This document shows, piece by piece, positions 19,151-29,715 of a stretch of DNA of 48,672 nucleotides. How positions within the stretch are numbered: position 1 is the stretch's first letter; each line of letters begins with the position of its first letter. The notes beneath the pieces were generated by a model that ran no database searches, was not told where the DNA came from, and saw nothing but the letters and a program-made list of their open reading frames with translations. The position numbers were made by a program, and so were the translations under genes. Source of the DNA: Candidatus Brocadiia bacterium (GTDB lineage: Bacteria; Planctomycetota; Brocadiia; SM23-32); the NCBI GenBank assembly GCA_046538485.1, contig JBKHIT010000035.1:1-48672 (forward strand), read 5' to 3'.

Positions 19151-19534
19151 ATGGAATTCTGCACAGCGATCAATTGCATGGACGGACGAGTTCAGTTGCC
19201 GGTAATCCGCTACCTTCAAAAACGGTTCAGTGTGCCCCACGTCGATTCGATAACCGAACCGGGGCCGAATTTGATCCTTGCCGAACAGAAAGATTTGACG
19301 CTCGTTCATTCTATTATCGAGCGAGCCAGTATTTCCGTCGAAAAACACAAATCGGTCGGGATCGCCCTGGCTGGGCATTATGACTGTGCCGGCAATCCAG
19401 CCGGCAAAATTGCCCAGATTGAGCATATTGAAAAAGGGGTGACTTACCTTCAGAGCGAGTTTGACAACGCCGAGGTAACAGGTCTGTGGGTAGGTGCCAG
19501 CTGGGAGGTCCAGGAGATCCAGGATTTGGAATAG
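19151..19534 (+). CDS. Small beta-class carbonic anhydrase-like protein
   Basis: CMDGR and HYDCAG zinc-ligand motifs. Confidence 0.75.
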   Translation: MEFCTAINCMDGRVQLPVIRYLQKRFSVPHVDSITEPGPNLILAEQKDLTLVHSIIERASISVEKHKSVGIALAGHYDCAGNPAGKIAQIEHIEKGVTYLQSEFDNAEVTGLWVGASWEVQEIQDLE

Positions 19535-19714
19535 AGCGCCCTGACAGGAGCGCTTGCGCCCTCTTCAGCCATGTCGCCATCCCGCTGCCGCTTCCCCAGT
19601 CGCACATTTGACTTTGGGGATTAATGTCAGTAGGTTGACGTTTCCGGCATTCCGCCGATCAAATAAAATGCACCCTGAACCTTTTCCTTCCTCATTTTGA
19701 TCAGTTTTGCAGCA

Positions 19715-19804
19715 ATGGAAACAACAACTCTCGGATCAACCAATCTGGAAGTGACACGTATTGGATTTGATGGCATTCCGATCCAAAGGCTATCCATCGA
19801 GTGA
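19715..19804 (+). pseudogene. Aldo/keto reductase N-terminal remnant
   Basis: Manual translation METTTLGSTNLEVTRIGFDGIPIQRLSIE* matches the AKR start pattern LGxTxLxVxRIGFGGIPIQR. Confidence 0.7.
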
Positions 19805-19881
19805 GAGTCCGTGGTGTCACCTTGGGGTAAGTCGGTAGGACAAAAAGATGGCCATGTCGTGGCCTGGAGACATTTGACGGC

Positions 19882-22593
19882 TCATGTCCCGGGAGTGAGT
19901 TCCGTCAGGTCTGAGTCGTGCGCTGCGATCAATTCGAATTCGCCGGCGTGCAATTCTCTCCCGCGCATCAACGCGGCGTGGGTGACCGCTCCGGCCCCCG
20001 ATCGTCGCAGCCAGCAGGCTTCCCCTTCGAGAGTTATATCGGTGCTATTCCAGGTCACCTTCGCCTCGGTCTTCTCTTGCGCATCGAGAAAAACCAACAG
20101 GTCCCGGCGTCCGTCGCGAAGCTTGACCTCCACGGCTACGCTGGAGTCACCCATTTCACAGCCATCCGCGCCGCGAACTGCCAGACGGTGTACCTGCGAC
20201 ATCGCGGGTTTACCCTCGTGGACCTCCACCACCGAGACAAAGGTCGAACTCAGGGACGGCTCTGCCGCGCGACGGCGCACCATCAGGCGCGGTATCCATG
20301 CTTCCTCGTTTTTGTCATAGCCCCCTTCGATGATCCAGCCTTCGCACAGGGAAACTTTAGCATCGGTGGTCAGGCCAATATGGCGCAGAACGACTTTTTC
20401 GCTTGTATTACTCAGTCCGTACCGATCTTCCACGTTCCAGGTTACGCTCCATCCGGGATCAGGATTCGGGTCGGTTTGAAAACCACGCATTATCGTATCG
20501 CGGCCATAATCCTCGGCCGGTTCCAGTCCGAGACCATCTGTCTGGATTCGGGCAAAGTGGCTGTGACGGAAAAGGGCGTGATCCTGACCGCCCGCGATGC
20601 GGAAGATGTCGAGCAGGCAGAACGCGTCTTCATTGATTTCTACCATTGCGAGCGTCCGTTCGTAACGCGACGTTTGTTCGTATTGATTGGCGGCTTCGAT
20701 TCTCACAGCGCGGATCCAGCGGCCGTGGGCCTGGAGAGTGGTTTCGCCGCCGATACCGCCGCGACCTTCCGCGCGCTGCCGGGCCCCGATCTGGTCCTGT
20801 CCATCGACCACAACGGTATTGTGAGCGGCGGTCTTGCGATACCAGTTGGCCCGTTCCGAGTTCCAGCCGCCGAACTGTACCGGCGGGTACCCGAAATCCG
20901 GCATCAGATCGAGTCCAAAAGCGTAAAGCCCCACATTCATCGCGTCCTGGTGACCGTGATTGCCAGCAGAGTCATAATCGATCCAGGCGACGTGTTCACG
21001 GGAGCCCCGACCCGTACGAAGCAGGGCGAGGTGCCACTGTTTCATATCGATGCTTCCCGGGTAAATTCGTGAACCTTCGCGTCGTATCAGTGCTTCTATG
21101 GCGCCGGGGACTTCTGCAACGTCCTCGGCGTAGACATCCCAGGGCAGATTATCTGTGGTTTGTCCGTTGGCGAGCCACATGATTTGGGCGTAGGCGGGGT
21201 CGCCGGTGGTTTCATACAACCGCCAGAGGAACGTAAACGGGGATACCCCCAGGGCACGTGCCGAATATCCGTGGTCCGGTTGTAGATCAGGCCGAGAAAG
21301 GTTCACCCCGAGGTATTGAGGGGATGGGCGGGCGAAGGCCAGAGCATCTCCGCAGGTGGGGTAGTATTTTTGCATGCACCAGGTATCGATGTGAAAACGC
21401 CAGGTGTTTCGCAGGGCAGGATGCCGTTCGAGCATCTCGCGGATGAAGCCGGGTTCGATGCGTTCGTAACGTTGCAGCCAGGTGGCGAGCTTACGGATTA
21501 CGTAGCTTCCGTACGCGGGCAGACCTTTCTCGCCCGTGACACTGTCGGTGCAGGTGGCCTCTTCGATCACAGGATCCATTTCCCGGAGAATATCGTCCCG
21601 CTTTTCGTGCCATTCGAGCACCGAGCGTATAACGGCGCAACATGTTTCAGCCCCCGGGAAGTTTGTGTCTATTTTATGCCGGTTCTGGACGACATCGCGC
21701 AGGATGCGATTTTCAATGTTATCCTGGATTTGCTCAAAATTATTTTTGGGATTGGGGATATCGAACTTTTCTGCCTTTTGACGCAGGAATGCCACCAGCT
21801 TTTGGTCTTCGCGGGCGGCTTCGAAAATTGCGTCGTAGGCCAGGGCGAGCAGGCGCGTTTCTTCGCACGCATCGTGCCATGTTGAGACATATCCTCTGTC
21901 GCCCTGACGTTCGTAGAGGATGCCTTCGCGCCCGAAATTGAAAGTGGGGTAGAGGTCAGCGATCCGGTCGAGGAGGATCATGGCCTTTCGCGCGCAGCCA
22001 TTATCGCCCGTAATGACGTAAGCATCGGTGAGGCGGACGATTCCCGCGAGGACCAATTTTTTCCATTGTCCGTAGATGAGGAAAGCGCCGATGAACCGCC
22101 AGGTGCGATCTCCATCGCTCCACCCCCAGCCGTCGTCCACGCCCCATTTTCGTTTTGGATCGTCGGCTTCAGGATGTTCGATATTATAGAGCAGGGACTT
22201 ATCGGCGAGGTTTTTTTGAAAGATGCCGGCCGAATCGAGTCCAGAATCATCGTATGCTTTAAAATCGTTCGTTGGGAAGGCCGATTCGCAGTGCGGGCAT
22301 ATTACTTTCCAGGGATGGATCAGCGGATCGATGCGCCAGTTGTACATGGGGACAGATTTCTGGCAGGCGGGGCAACGTCCATCCGAGAGCACGTGCCATG
22401 AGCGGGGGAGGGTGCTGCCGAACATGAGCGACCAGAGTTCATCGTCGCTCATTTGAAGCCAGGGTTGGGCACTTAATTCAATAGCGTCCGCCCATTGTGC
22501 TTGCCAGCCTCCGGCCTCAACGTGGTGCTGCGCCCGTTCGCGAAGCTTTGGGGGCAAGAAGATGCTCCGGGTTTTGCGATTTTGCTTTGTCAT
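19882..22593 (-). CDS. Heparinase II/III-like protein
   Basis: HGHQD and AHNTVVVDG motifs, N-terminal CPAC/CPHC, and a GGAGG RBS before ATG 22593. Confidence 0.8.
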   Translation of the reverse strand: MTKQNRKTRSIFLPPKLRERAQHHVEAGGWQAQWADAIELSAQPWLQMSDDELWSLMFGSTLPRSWHVLSDGRCPACQKSVPMYNWRIDPLIHPWKVICPHCESAFPTNDFKAYDDSGLDSAGIFQKNLADKSLLYNIEHPEADDPKRKWGVDDGWGWSDGDRTWRFIGAFLIYGQWKKLVLAGIVRLTDAYVITGDNGCARKAMILLDRIADLYPTFNFGREGILYERQGDRGYVSTWHDACEETRLLALAYDAIFEAAREDQKLVAFLRQKAEKFDIPNPKNNFEQIQDNIENRILRDVVQNRHKIDTNFPGAETCCAVIRSVLEWHEKRDDILREMDPVIEEATCTDSVTGEKGLPAYGSYVIRKLATWLQRYERIEPGFIREMLERHPALRNTWRFHIDTWCMQKYYPTCGDALAFARPSPQYLGVNLSRPDLQPDHGYSARALGVSPFTFLWRLYETTGDPAYAQIMWLANGQTTDNLPWDVYAEDVAEVPGAIEALIRREGSRIYPGSIDMKQWHLALLRTGRGSREHVAWIDYDSAGNHGHQDAMNVGLYAFGLDLMPDFGYPPVQFGGWNSERANWYRKTAAHNTVVVDGQDQIGARQRAEGRGGIGGETTLQAHGRWIRAVRIEAANQYEQTSRYERTLAMVEINEDAFCLLDIFRIAGGQDHALFRHSHFARIQTDGLGLEPAEDYGRDTIMRGFQTDPNPDPGWSVTWNVEDRYGLSNTSEKVVLRHIGLTTDAKVSLCEGWIIEGGYDKNEEAWIPRLMVRRRAAEPSLSSTFVSVVEVHEGKPAMSQVHRLAVRGADGCEMGDSSVAVEVKLRDGRRDLLVFLDAQEKTEAKVTWNSTDITLEGEACWLRRSGAGAVTHAALMRGRELHAGEFELIAAHDSDLTELTPGT

Positions 22594-22738
22594 AGGACCT
22601 CCGGCGAGAGTCGACGGAGGCGTAGGGTAATTCCTGGATGCGTGGTGCGCAACCGGGGGGGATTCAGACAATCGGATGCCTGGATTGGAAAACAGATGGA
22701 AACCGGGCTCAGTTTACGGCAAGGCACCTGCTGGTTTC

Positions 22739-24031
22739 TTACAGTCCTATTACAGGTTTTTTGGCTTTTGGTTCCGTTTTGTCGCGTTTTTTCGGTTTTG
22801 GTTTTTTGCCGAGTACGCAGCGCCACGGGTGGAGCCCCCTGCGGAGTCGTTCTGAGATTACTTCCCAGGGGGTATCTTTGTATTTTTCAGTCACGTATTG
22901 GATATTATCGCGAGCGGCGTCGAACTCCTGTTTTGCGCGTTCGGGGCCTTTGAAGTCGCTGGGCGCTCGGCCTTTATGGATTTCGAGGCGCTGACGGCCG
23001 TGGAGGGTGTGGCCGATTTCATTCCACTTTTCAGCGACACTTTCGTAATACTGTCCGAGCATGAAACGCATTCTGTAGAGTTCGGCAAGTGTAACCATGG
23101 CGTGGGCTTCCCAGCGCCCGTAATTATTGGCGATTGGTTTGCCGTTCTGAAGTTGTTCGCGGAGTTCTCGAATGCGTCTCGCGCAGTAGGTGCGGCCGCC
23201 CCGGGCCTTTTTCATGGTCACTTCGACTTCTTTCGGAGAATTGAGGTGATGTTTCAGGTGAAAGGTTTCCAGTTCCAGCCATGTCGCGTGGAGCTTACGT
23301 CGCAGGACGCTCCGTTTCATCCTGTCCTTGTAATGGGCGACCGAGCAGATGTCCGGTTTAAATTTCCCGTAGAGTTTTTTCTGATCGTAATCTGATTCGA
23401 TTCTCAGCAGGAAGTAAATACCGTTGGTCGCGAGGGCGAGACGGTTCAGGGTATACATTCCGAATCCCGACGGGATATTGCTGATACTTCCGCCCCAATG
23501 TTTCCAGTTATGCCAGCTTTTGGTCCACCAGAGCTCCGGAGCCGGGCATTCGGGACCTCCATCTGTCCAGCCGGTTACGGTCATTTCTTCCAGGTTTTGG
23601 TCGGTGGCCTGAGCGTAAGCTTTCCACTGAGCGAGGTCTTTTCCTTTCATATTTGTTACAGGTATAGAGACTCGCTTTTTCCGTGCGCAGAAAGCTCCTT
23701 CGTAGCCGAACACGAAAAATCGTGCTTTAGCACGCCGCATTCTGTGGATCAGGCGTTCGATATTATTCGGTTTTTTCAGAAGGTCGCTGCCCGCTTCATC
23801 GGTCATGGCTGCGATGAGGATGTTTTTGAAAGAAGCGCCTTCGTAGCGATTCAGTACCGTTTCCAGTGTTTGTGAGAGATTTTCCTGGCCGGTGGTGTCC
23901 GACTGGACATGTTGCAGTGCATTTTTGATGTAATGGAGATTGTTCGAGGGTTTGCACTCGAATTTAGGTTTTGCCCCGTAGCTGGCGACGTTTTTTGTCT
24001 CCTCTTGATCCTCCTGCAGATTGTAACGCAT
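22739..24031 (-). CDS. Hypothetical protein resembling the C-terminal part of planctomycete vWA-domain proteins
   Basis: IAAMTDEAGSD, FFVFGYEG, GPE and SGFGMYTLNRLA-TNG motifs. No DxSxS MIDAS is visible. Start uncertain. Confidence 0.55.
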   Translation of the reverse strand: MRYNLQEDQEETKNVASYGAKPKFECKPSNNLHYIKNALQHVQSDTTGQENLSQTLETVLNRYEGASFKNILIAAMTDEAGSDLLKKPNNIERLIHRMRRAKARFFVFGYEGAFCARKKRVSIPVTNMKGKDLAQWKAYAQATDQNLEEMTVTGWTDGGPECPAPELWWTKSWHNWKHWGGSISNIPSGFGMYTLNRLALATNGIYFLLRIESDYDQKKLYGKFKPDICSVAHYKDRMKRSVLRRKLHATWLELETFHLKHHLNSPKEVEVTMKKARGGRTYCARRIRELREQLQNGKPIANNYGRWEAHAMVTLAELYRMRFMLGQYYESVAEKWNEIGHTLHGRQRLEIHKGRAPSDFKGPERAKQEFDAARDNIQYVTEKYKDTPWEVISERLRRGLHPWRCVLGKKPKPKKRDKTEPKAKKPVIGL

Positions 24032-24399
24032 GATCTTCTCTTTCCGGGTTTTTAGCCCGTGAGGAAAAAGGGGAACGGATAGAACAGTTCGGGCGAACTC
24101 AAGTTCTTTGCAAGTGGGAGTCCGGCCGGAATTCACCCTGTGGCGGTAATCGGGATGAGATTTTGAATCAACACAAATTACAACGAGTTCATTTTGATCA
24201 AACGAAGTTGGATTTGACCCGCAGGCACAGGTGTCATACTATAGCGGCGCGTTTTTGAAAAGCTGAAACAGCTATCTGCATATCATTGACATTTGTAATG
24301 TTCGGGAAAACTGGTCCATGATCCCTGCGGATAATGTTGATTGCGGACGAGTTGCTGGCAGCCTTTCTGATCGGTGATCTCGTGAAGCTGAGGTGAGAA

Positions 24400-25236
24400 A
24401 TGAGTAAAACAGAGAAGAATTCCGATGAAAACTTGACCGGAGACAATAATCTGGTTGCGATGGCAATCGGTGCTCACCCGGACGATATTGAGTTTATGAT
24501 GGCCGGGACACTTTTGTTACTGAAGCAGGCAGGAGCCCAAATACACATGTGGAACCTTGCCACGGGGAATTGTGGGACGGCCGTTCATTCTCACAAAGAA
24601 ATTGTGAGGTTGCGTTGGGAAGAATCGCGCGATTCTGCAAGGGTGGCGGGAGCCAGGATATATCCTCCTATTGCCGATGATCTGAAACTCTTCTACGATG
24701 AAGCATCTCTTCAAACAGTGGCTGCACGTATCCGGCAGGTGAAACCCAATATATTGTTGTGTCCTTCGCCGCAGGATTACATGGAGGACCATCAAAATGC
24801 CTGCCGCCTGGCTGTTACAGGCGCTTTTGCGCGTGGCATGCGCAATTTCCCGACCAGCCCGGCTGTTGAAGTGTGGGCGGGGGACACTGTCATTTACCAC
24901 GCTTTGCCTTACGGGCTCCGCGATGGTTTGCGCCGGCGTGTTCGGGCGGGAAGCTACGTTGATGTGGGAACGGTGATGGATGTTAAGCGGAAAATGTTGT
25001 CTCAACACCGAACACAGAAAGAATGGCTCGATGCGAGCCAGGGATTGGATGCATACCTTACAACGATGGAAGATATGTGCGCGGAGATTGCCGAGCAGGC
25101 CGGTCGGTTTGAATATGCGGAAGGGTGGCGGCGTCATTCACACCTGGGATTTGCTTCACGTGAAAGCGATCCACTGGCCGAGCTGCTCGGCGACAGTTAC
25201 TGGAAAGATCCGGAATACGAGAAATCACTCGACTGA
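24400..25236 (+). CDS. PIG-L/LmbE-family N-deacetylase
   Basis: AHPDDIE, EDH and YAEG motifs. Confidence 0.88.
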   Translation: MSKTEKNSDENLTGDNNLVAMAIGAHPDDIEFMMAGTLLLLKQAGAQIHMWNLATGNCGTAVHSHKEIVRLRWEESRDSARVAGARIYPPIADDLKLFYDEASLQTVAARIRQVKPNILLCPSPQDYMEDHQNACRLAVTGAFARGMRNFPTSPAVEVWAGDTVIYHALPYGLRDGLRRRVRAGSYVDVGTVMDVKRKMLSQHRTQKEWLDASQGLDAYLTTMEDMCAEIAEQAGRFEYAEGWRRHSHLGFASRESDPLAELLGDSYWKDPEYEKSLD

Positions 25237-25303
25237 CAGAAATTTCTCAACACACTGCGGCAAATATGATTTTCACAATCTGAGTGAAAGGAAGGGAACG
25301 TTT

Positions 25304-26233
25304 ATGGCAAGACCAATCAGCAAAGTGGCTCCACAGTGGTGGGACTATACCACTCTTGATCAACAGATTATCGACGATGCAGCAAATCTCAAAGCGGAAG
25401 ATCTTTTGGGACTCTCACGGCCCGGTTTTGAAGTCGTATTTTACGATACCCTCGAGGATTTTTATCTGGCTGAAGCGCTTGAATATATCGATGCCTGGCG
25501 CCAGGCATCGCCCGACGAACCAGCCGGTATTTGCGGTCCGATTGGGCCGACAGAGCAGCTGCCGCTGGTGGCCAGACTTGTAAACGAACTCGAGATCGAG
25601 CTGGGAAGTGCTCATTTCTGGGGGATGGATGAATGGGTCGAAGACGGACAACCGGTTCCCACATCCCATCCTTTGTCGTTTGCAAAAGCGGATATGGAAC
25701 TGTGTTTCGGCCGTATTGATGATAAACTGGCGATGCCGGAGGCGAACCTGCATTTTCCAACCGGAGATCTGGAGGCGTACAGCCGCAGTTTTGATGAGGC
25801 CCGTTGTGTGGTAATGCAGGGAGGGCAGGGAGAGGTGAAACATTGGGCTTTCAACGATCCTCTTCCGCGTGTAGAGCCTCATGAGGAAAAACCTCCTGCT
25901 CCCGAAAAATACCGCGAGTTGAAGACGCGAATTGTTGATTTGCATCCTATGACGGTTATTCAAAATGCTCGGACGTCAGGAGGGGGAAATGTTTCGCTCG
26001 TGCCGACTCAGGCGGCGACAGTTGGTCCCGTAGAGACTTGGAAGGCGGAAAAGGTGTCAATCTGGCAGGCGGGGACTCATGACAATCCCTTCGGAATGCG
26101 CCTGACAACACTTATGATTTCGAAGCATCTGGCCGACTCAGCTGTTCCCATGTCACTGCTGGCAGATCATCCCAACGTTCAATTTAATTTTTATCGCCCG
26201 GGAATTGGCACAGTGGAAGCGGAGATGCATTAG
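25304..26233 (+). CDS. Glucosamine-6-phosphate isomerase/deaminase family protein
   Basis: HFWGMDEW and [14 protein letters not shown] (NagB-like GxGxxGHxAFNEP). Confidence 0.8.
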   Translation: MARPISKVAPQWWDYTTLDQQIIDDAANLKAEDLLGLSRPGFEVVFYDTLEDFYLAEALEYIDAWRQASPDEPAGICGPIGPTEQLPLVARLVNELEIELGSAHFWGMDEWVEDGQPVPTSHPLSFAKADMELCFGRIDDKLAMPEANLHFPTGDLEAYSRSFDEARCVVMQGGQGEVKHWAFNDPLPRVEPHEEKPPAPEKYRELKTRIVDLHPMTVIQNARTSGGGNVSLVPTQAATVGPVETWKAEKVSIWQAGTHDNPFGMRLTTLMISKHLADSAVPMSLLADHPNVQFNFYRPGIGTVEAEMH

Positions 26234-26241
26234 TGATCGTG

Positions 26242-26414
26242 ACAGGGTAGCTGACCGTTAGCCCGGATATTTCAAGCGTCGCCAGTGCTGTAGATGCGCG
26301 GAAGGCAAAGGCAGGAGTGTTCTTAGACTTCAAGAACAGCCTCACAGAGCAGATACGGTGCTGGCGACGCTCCCGGAGGGTGCATCCTTTCTGTTGAGCC
26401 GAAGTACACCCTGT
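26242..26414 (+). ncRNA. Candidate rod-shaped structured RNA (6S-like topology)
   Basis: Nested stems ACAGGGT/ACCCTGT, AGCGTCGCCAG/CTGGCGACGCT extended by G-U pairs, and apical TGTTCTT/AAGAACA. Confidence 0.4.
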
Positions 26415-26504
26415 GCCCATGAGAAATGTCGAAAAACCGCATCTAAGTCGCTCTCACCCGTGTCGTTATAACAATTGTGCCGTTGGATTTATGAAATATC
26501 CGGG

Positions 26505-27344
26505 TTAGGATCCGAGGAAACTTACCACACGGTGGAAGAAACGTGTCAGGGTGCCTTCATTTTCGGGCGGAGTAATCTCATCCCCATCGTTTTCCGATAC
26601 GTATTCAACGATCTCCCGCATTTGACGAATTTGTTTGAACTCGCCGCTGTCCAACCACATGCCGTGGCATCCCGTGCATACATCGACTTTCACCTCTGTT
26701 TCCGGATAATTAAAGGAATACAGAGGCGTCTCACAGCGGGGGCAGAATCTCTCGGTTTGTTGGGCGTTACTCGGGATCTCTAAATCCTTCTCGGCCTCTT
26801 CGATGACCTGTTCCAATTCCCCTCCATCAAACCAGATCCCATGGCATTTCGTACAGTGATCGAGCACAACACCCGTCATTTCCAGAACGATCTCCCGTAA
26901 AGTAGGTTCCCCACAATGCGGGCATGGCATCGTAGCCGTTTCCAGGTCGGTGAGGAAGTCGTCAAGATATTCTTCCGACTCAACGTCTTCAAGTCCAAGT
27001 TTTTCAAGCTCCCCCTGTCTCAACGATTCGTGCCAGGCTCGTATTCTCGGGAACTCTCCATCGTCAAGCCACATCCCGCGACAATTTTCGCATACTTCCA
27101 CTGTTATATCTGTGTGGGGAAAATGCAATGAAAAGAGCTGTCCGCCACATCGCGGGCAATCAAGAGCGGTTTCTTCACCTTCTTGGGGCTCCGAGATTGC
27201 CGTTTCCGGCATCTTTAAAGCCTGTTCCAATTCGCCGCCATCAAACCAAAGTCCCCAGCAGGTCGGGCACCGGTCAATCATTACATTACTTTGAGAAAGT
27301 TCCAATTCCTCAAGTTCAATATTTTTGCATTTTGGGCAACGCAT
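26505..27344 (-). CDS. Protein with four TFIIB-type zinc ribbons
   Basis: Four CPxC...CxxCxGxWxDxGE units. Confidence 0.85.
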   Translation of the reverse strand: MRCPKCKNIELEELELSQSNVMIDRCPTCWGLWFDGGELEQALKMPETAISEPQEGEETALDCPRCGGQLFSLHFPHTDITVEVCENCRGMWLDDGEFPRIRAWHESLRQGELEKLGLEDVESEEYLDDFLTDLETATMPCPHCGEPTLREIVLEMTGVVLDHCTKCHGIWFDGGELEQVIEEAEKDLEIPSNAQQTERFCPRCETPLYSFNYPETEVKVDVCTGCHGMWLDSGEFKQIRQMREIVEYVSENDGDEITPPENEGTLTRFFHRVVSFLGS

Positions 27345-27476
27345 CTGATTAAACCTCCCTCAGCCAAACCACCCCCCGCAACAAAGTCTACTTGCATCAG
27401 GCCGGTTTTTCAACTGTCTTTAAGGTTCTTTTCCCCATCTGCTTATACATGCCGGTCCCGGCTGGGTGAGCTTCGT

Positions 27477-27824
27477 TTACCAATGAATATTGGAAAATAT
27501 CGCGAGCAGGGAACCCACAAACCATACAACAATGAGCGCGATGAGTTTTTGGGTTTTGCTGCCTTTGACTTTCGATTCTCCGGATTTTGGGAAAAACATG
27601 CGGCTCATCTGAACACACAGAAGCAGGAGAATGCATCCGATATAAAGAGAAATTCCATGAATTTTGAATCCGGCCTCTGCCAGCGGTGGGAAGATACCTG
27701 CATGGGCGAACCTAATCGCTTCAGTTAATTTCACTGCAATCATTCGGTTTGCTACCCTCTTTTCAAAAAAATACAGATAACAAATTGGCAATAAAACGGC
27801 GGATGTGATTTTAAGACGCTGCAA
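27477..27824 (-). CDS. Possible small membrane protein
   Basis: Hydrophobic segments. Start uncertain and no family motif. Confidence 0.35.
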   Translation of the reverse strand: MQRLKITSAVLLPICYLYFFEKRVANRMIAVKLTEAIRFAHAGIFPPLAEAGFKIHGISLYIGCILLLLCVQMSRMFFPKSGESKVKGSKTQKLIALIVVWFVGSLLAIFSNIHW

Positions 27825-28042
27825 TCAATGAGGTTTCCTGCAATGCGATTAAAAATCAGCTTGAAACCGAGAATAAGGATTTTCTTATCATGCAGAGTCC
27901 GTGGAAGACCAGCAGTTGAACTGACCCTCCAACGCCGAAATTGTTATGATATCCCATTTCGGTGACAATATCTTCCGCATGTACAATATAACAGGCATCA
28001 CGCTTTGTGTCCACAAACCGCACATGGATTTGGGCAGCGCAT

Positions 28043-28240
28043 TTAGAACGAGACGCTTCCGATAACAACAACGTCAATCTTTTTTTTGCCGTCCTCTTCT
28101 TTGGTAATTGGGAAAGCGGCTTCGATCGAATCTATTTGTTCCCGTGTGAGTAATTCTTCAAGCTCGTCCCAGGGCGGCATCCCGTTTTCACCACTCTCCG
28201 TCCATTCTACTCGCACAACTTTGAGCATTCCCTCGGCCAT
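28043..28240 (-). CDS. Small hypothetical protein (65 aa)
   Basis: AAGGAG RBS before ATG 28240 and a protein-like composition. Confidence 0.55.
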   Translation of the reverse strand: MAEGMLKVVRVEWTESGENGMPPWDELEELLTREQIDSIEAAFPITKEEDGKKKIDVVVIGSVSF

Positions 28241-28398
28241 TGTTGGTCTCCTTCCGCTAAATCCCAAAGATCTCGAACCGAATTGTTGCAACGCGCAAAA
28301 AGGGAAGGCCATACAATTCGACATATTTATTATGGCACCGAAAAGAACTGGTTTCAATCCAGTGGTTTCCGATTCTATGGTCGAACAATGGTTTCCTT

Positions 28399-29715
28399 TT
28401 ATGAAAAGAGTTCTTCCCGCAGTTTGCCCAGCTGGTTGGTTTCGCGGATCATTTTCTTCCCGGAGATAACGCCAGATTCAACAATAATTTCTGTCACGAC
28501 CTCCGCCGGGACCCGTTCAAAAATAGGGTTGTCCAGGCGAACATTTTGGGGGGCGGGGCCGATCTGGTCTTCCGGCCCTTTTTGGAGTTCTGGTTCAAAT
28601 CCCGCGGGTGTTAATTTGCTAGTTGTGGCTACTGCAAAGGTTCGAATGTTTTTAAGACGAGCTGCTGCACAAAGAGCGAACGTACCAATCTTATTTGCGA
28701 AGGAACCACCTGAAAGCAGGGAATCGGCACCGCAAAGGACCACATCAGCTCTGGTCGTTGCGCTGCAGGCTGCCGCATCTGTCACAAGAGATGTCTCAAT
28801 CCCAAAACCGGCCGCTGCGCGCGCCAGTTCGCGGCCCTCACATTCGGGTCGGGATTCTGCAACGGTCAGGGCCTTAATTTTTCTACGGGCTGCACTGAGG
28901 GCAAGGAGAACACTGGAGGAATAGCTGAGCGAAATCACGTGTGACCCCTCCGGAATTCTTTCCCCGGCTTTCTCGCCTGCCAGAAGCAATGCCTTTTCGC
29001 GCTGGTGGATAAGCCTATCCAATGCCTGGACGAGTCCCTTCTTACCCTGGACGTTTTTACTGCTATTTTCCTGAATAACTTCCCACACGTTCAGTGCCGC
29101 GGTTTGAGGTGTTGCCATGCTCGGGCGGAGCTGCGCGGCAAGCCGGCAAACAGGACGCATATCCTTTTGAATTTGAGGTCCGATTTCACTGACGGCTGCT
29201 CGTAGCCCCGCAAGAGTCCACAATCCGAGTTGTTCGGCGCCGTGTTCCGTGTCGTTTTCCACGGTCTGGAAAATAGATTCGCTGCGGCGCTCACCAGAGC
29301 TTTCAGCTGCACGAGCCACTGACGTCCAGGCGTCGACGAGTTTGGGGACAGTGGGAATTTCATTGAGAGTTTCTGGCTCCACCCATTCAAATTGTACATG
29401 TTCCCAATCCCGGCGAACAGATTCCGGGTTGTGGCATTCATACAAAAACGGGTGCACCACCCAGAAAATATCGATATCCCACGCCGGGAAGCGGACGGCC
29501 AGCCCCCGCACCGCGTCGTGCAGATCTTTTCCAGAGATGCCGGTTTCTTCTTCAACTTCGATACGGGCTCTTTCTGGCGGTGATTCTTCTTCGACGGAAC
29601 CACTTATGGCTGCCCATTTGCCGGGGTATGTGTTAACATCTGAACTTCGTTTCCCGAGCAATATCTTACCGTCGGCACGCTGAAGAAAAGCCGTCGTTAC
29701 ATGTCGAATCTGCAT
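28399..29715 (-). CDS. NUDIX hydrolase fused to an eIF2B/ribose-1,5-bisphosphate isomerase-like domain
   Basis: Nudix-like GSVEEESPPERARIEVEEETG. IF-2B motifs RPSM, AESRPECEG and GADSL...NKIGT. Confidence 0.85.
   Translation of the reverse strand: MQIRHVTTAFLQRADGKILLGKRSSDVNTYPGKWAAISGSVEEESPPERARIEVEEETGISGKDLHDAVRGLAVRFPAWDIDIFWVVHPFLYECHNPESVRRDWEHVQFEWVEPETLNEIPTVPKLVDAWTSVARAAESSGERRSESIFQTVENDTEHGAEQLGLWTLAGLRAAVSEIGPQIQKDMRPVCRLAAQLRPSMATPQTAALNVWEVIQENSSKNVQGKKGLVQALDRLIHQREKALLLAGEKAGERIPEGSHVISLSYSSSVLLALSAARRKIKALTVAESRPECEGRELARAAAGFGIETSLVTDAAACSATTRADVVLCGADSLLSGGSFANKIGTFALCAAARLKNIRTFAVATTSKLTPAGFEPELQKGPEDQIGPAPQNVRLDNPIFERVPAEVVTEIIVESGVISGKKMIRETNQLGKLREELFS

Noticed and set aside
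24980..25303. N-terminal extension of the GlcN6P isomerase ORF
   Set aside because: It overlaps the deacetylase in another frame. The start at 25304 follows a purine-rich RBS.
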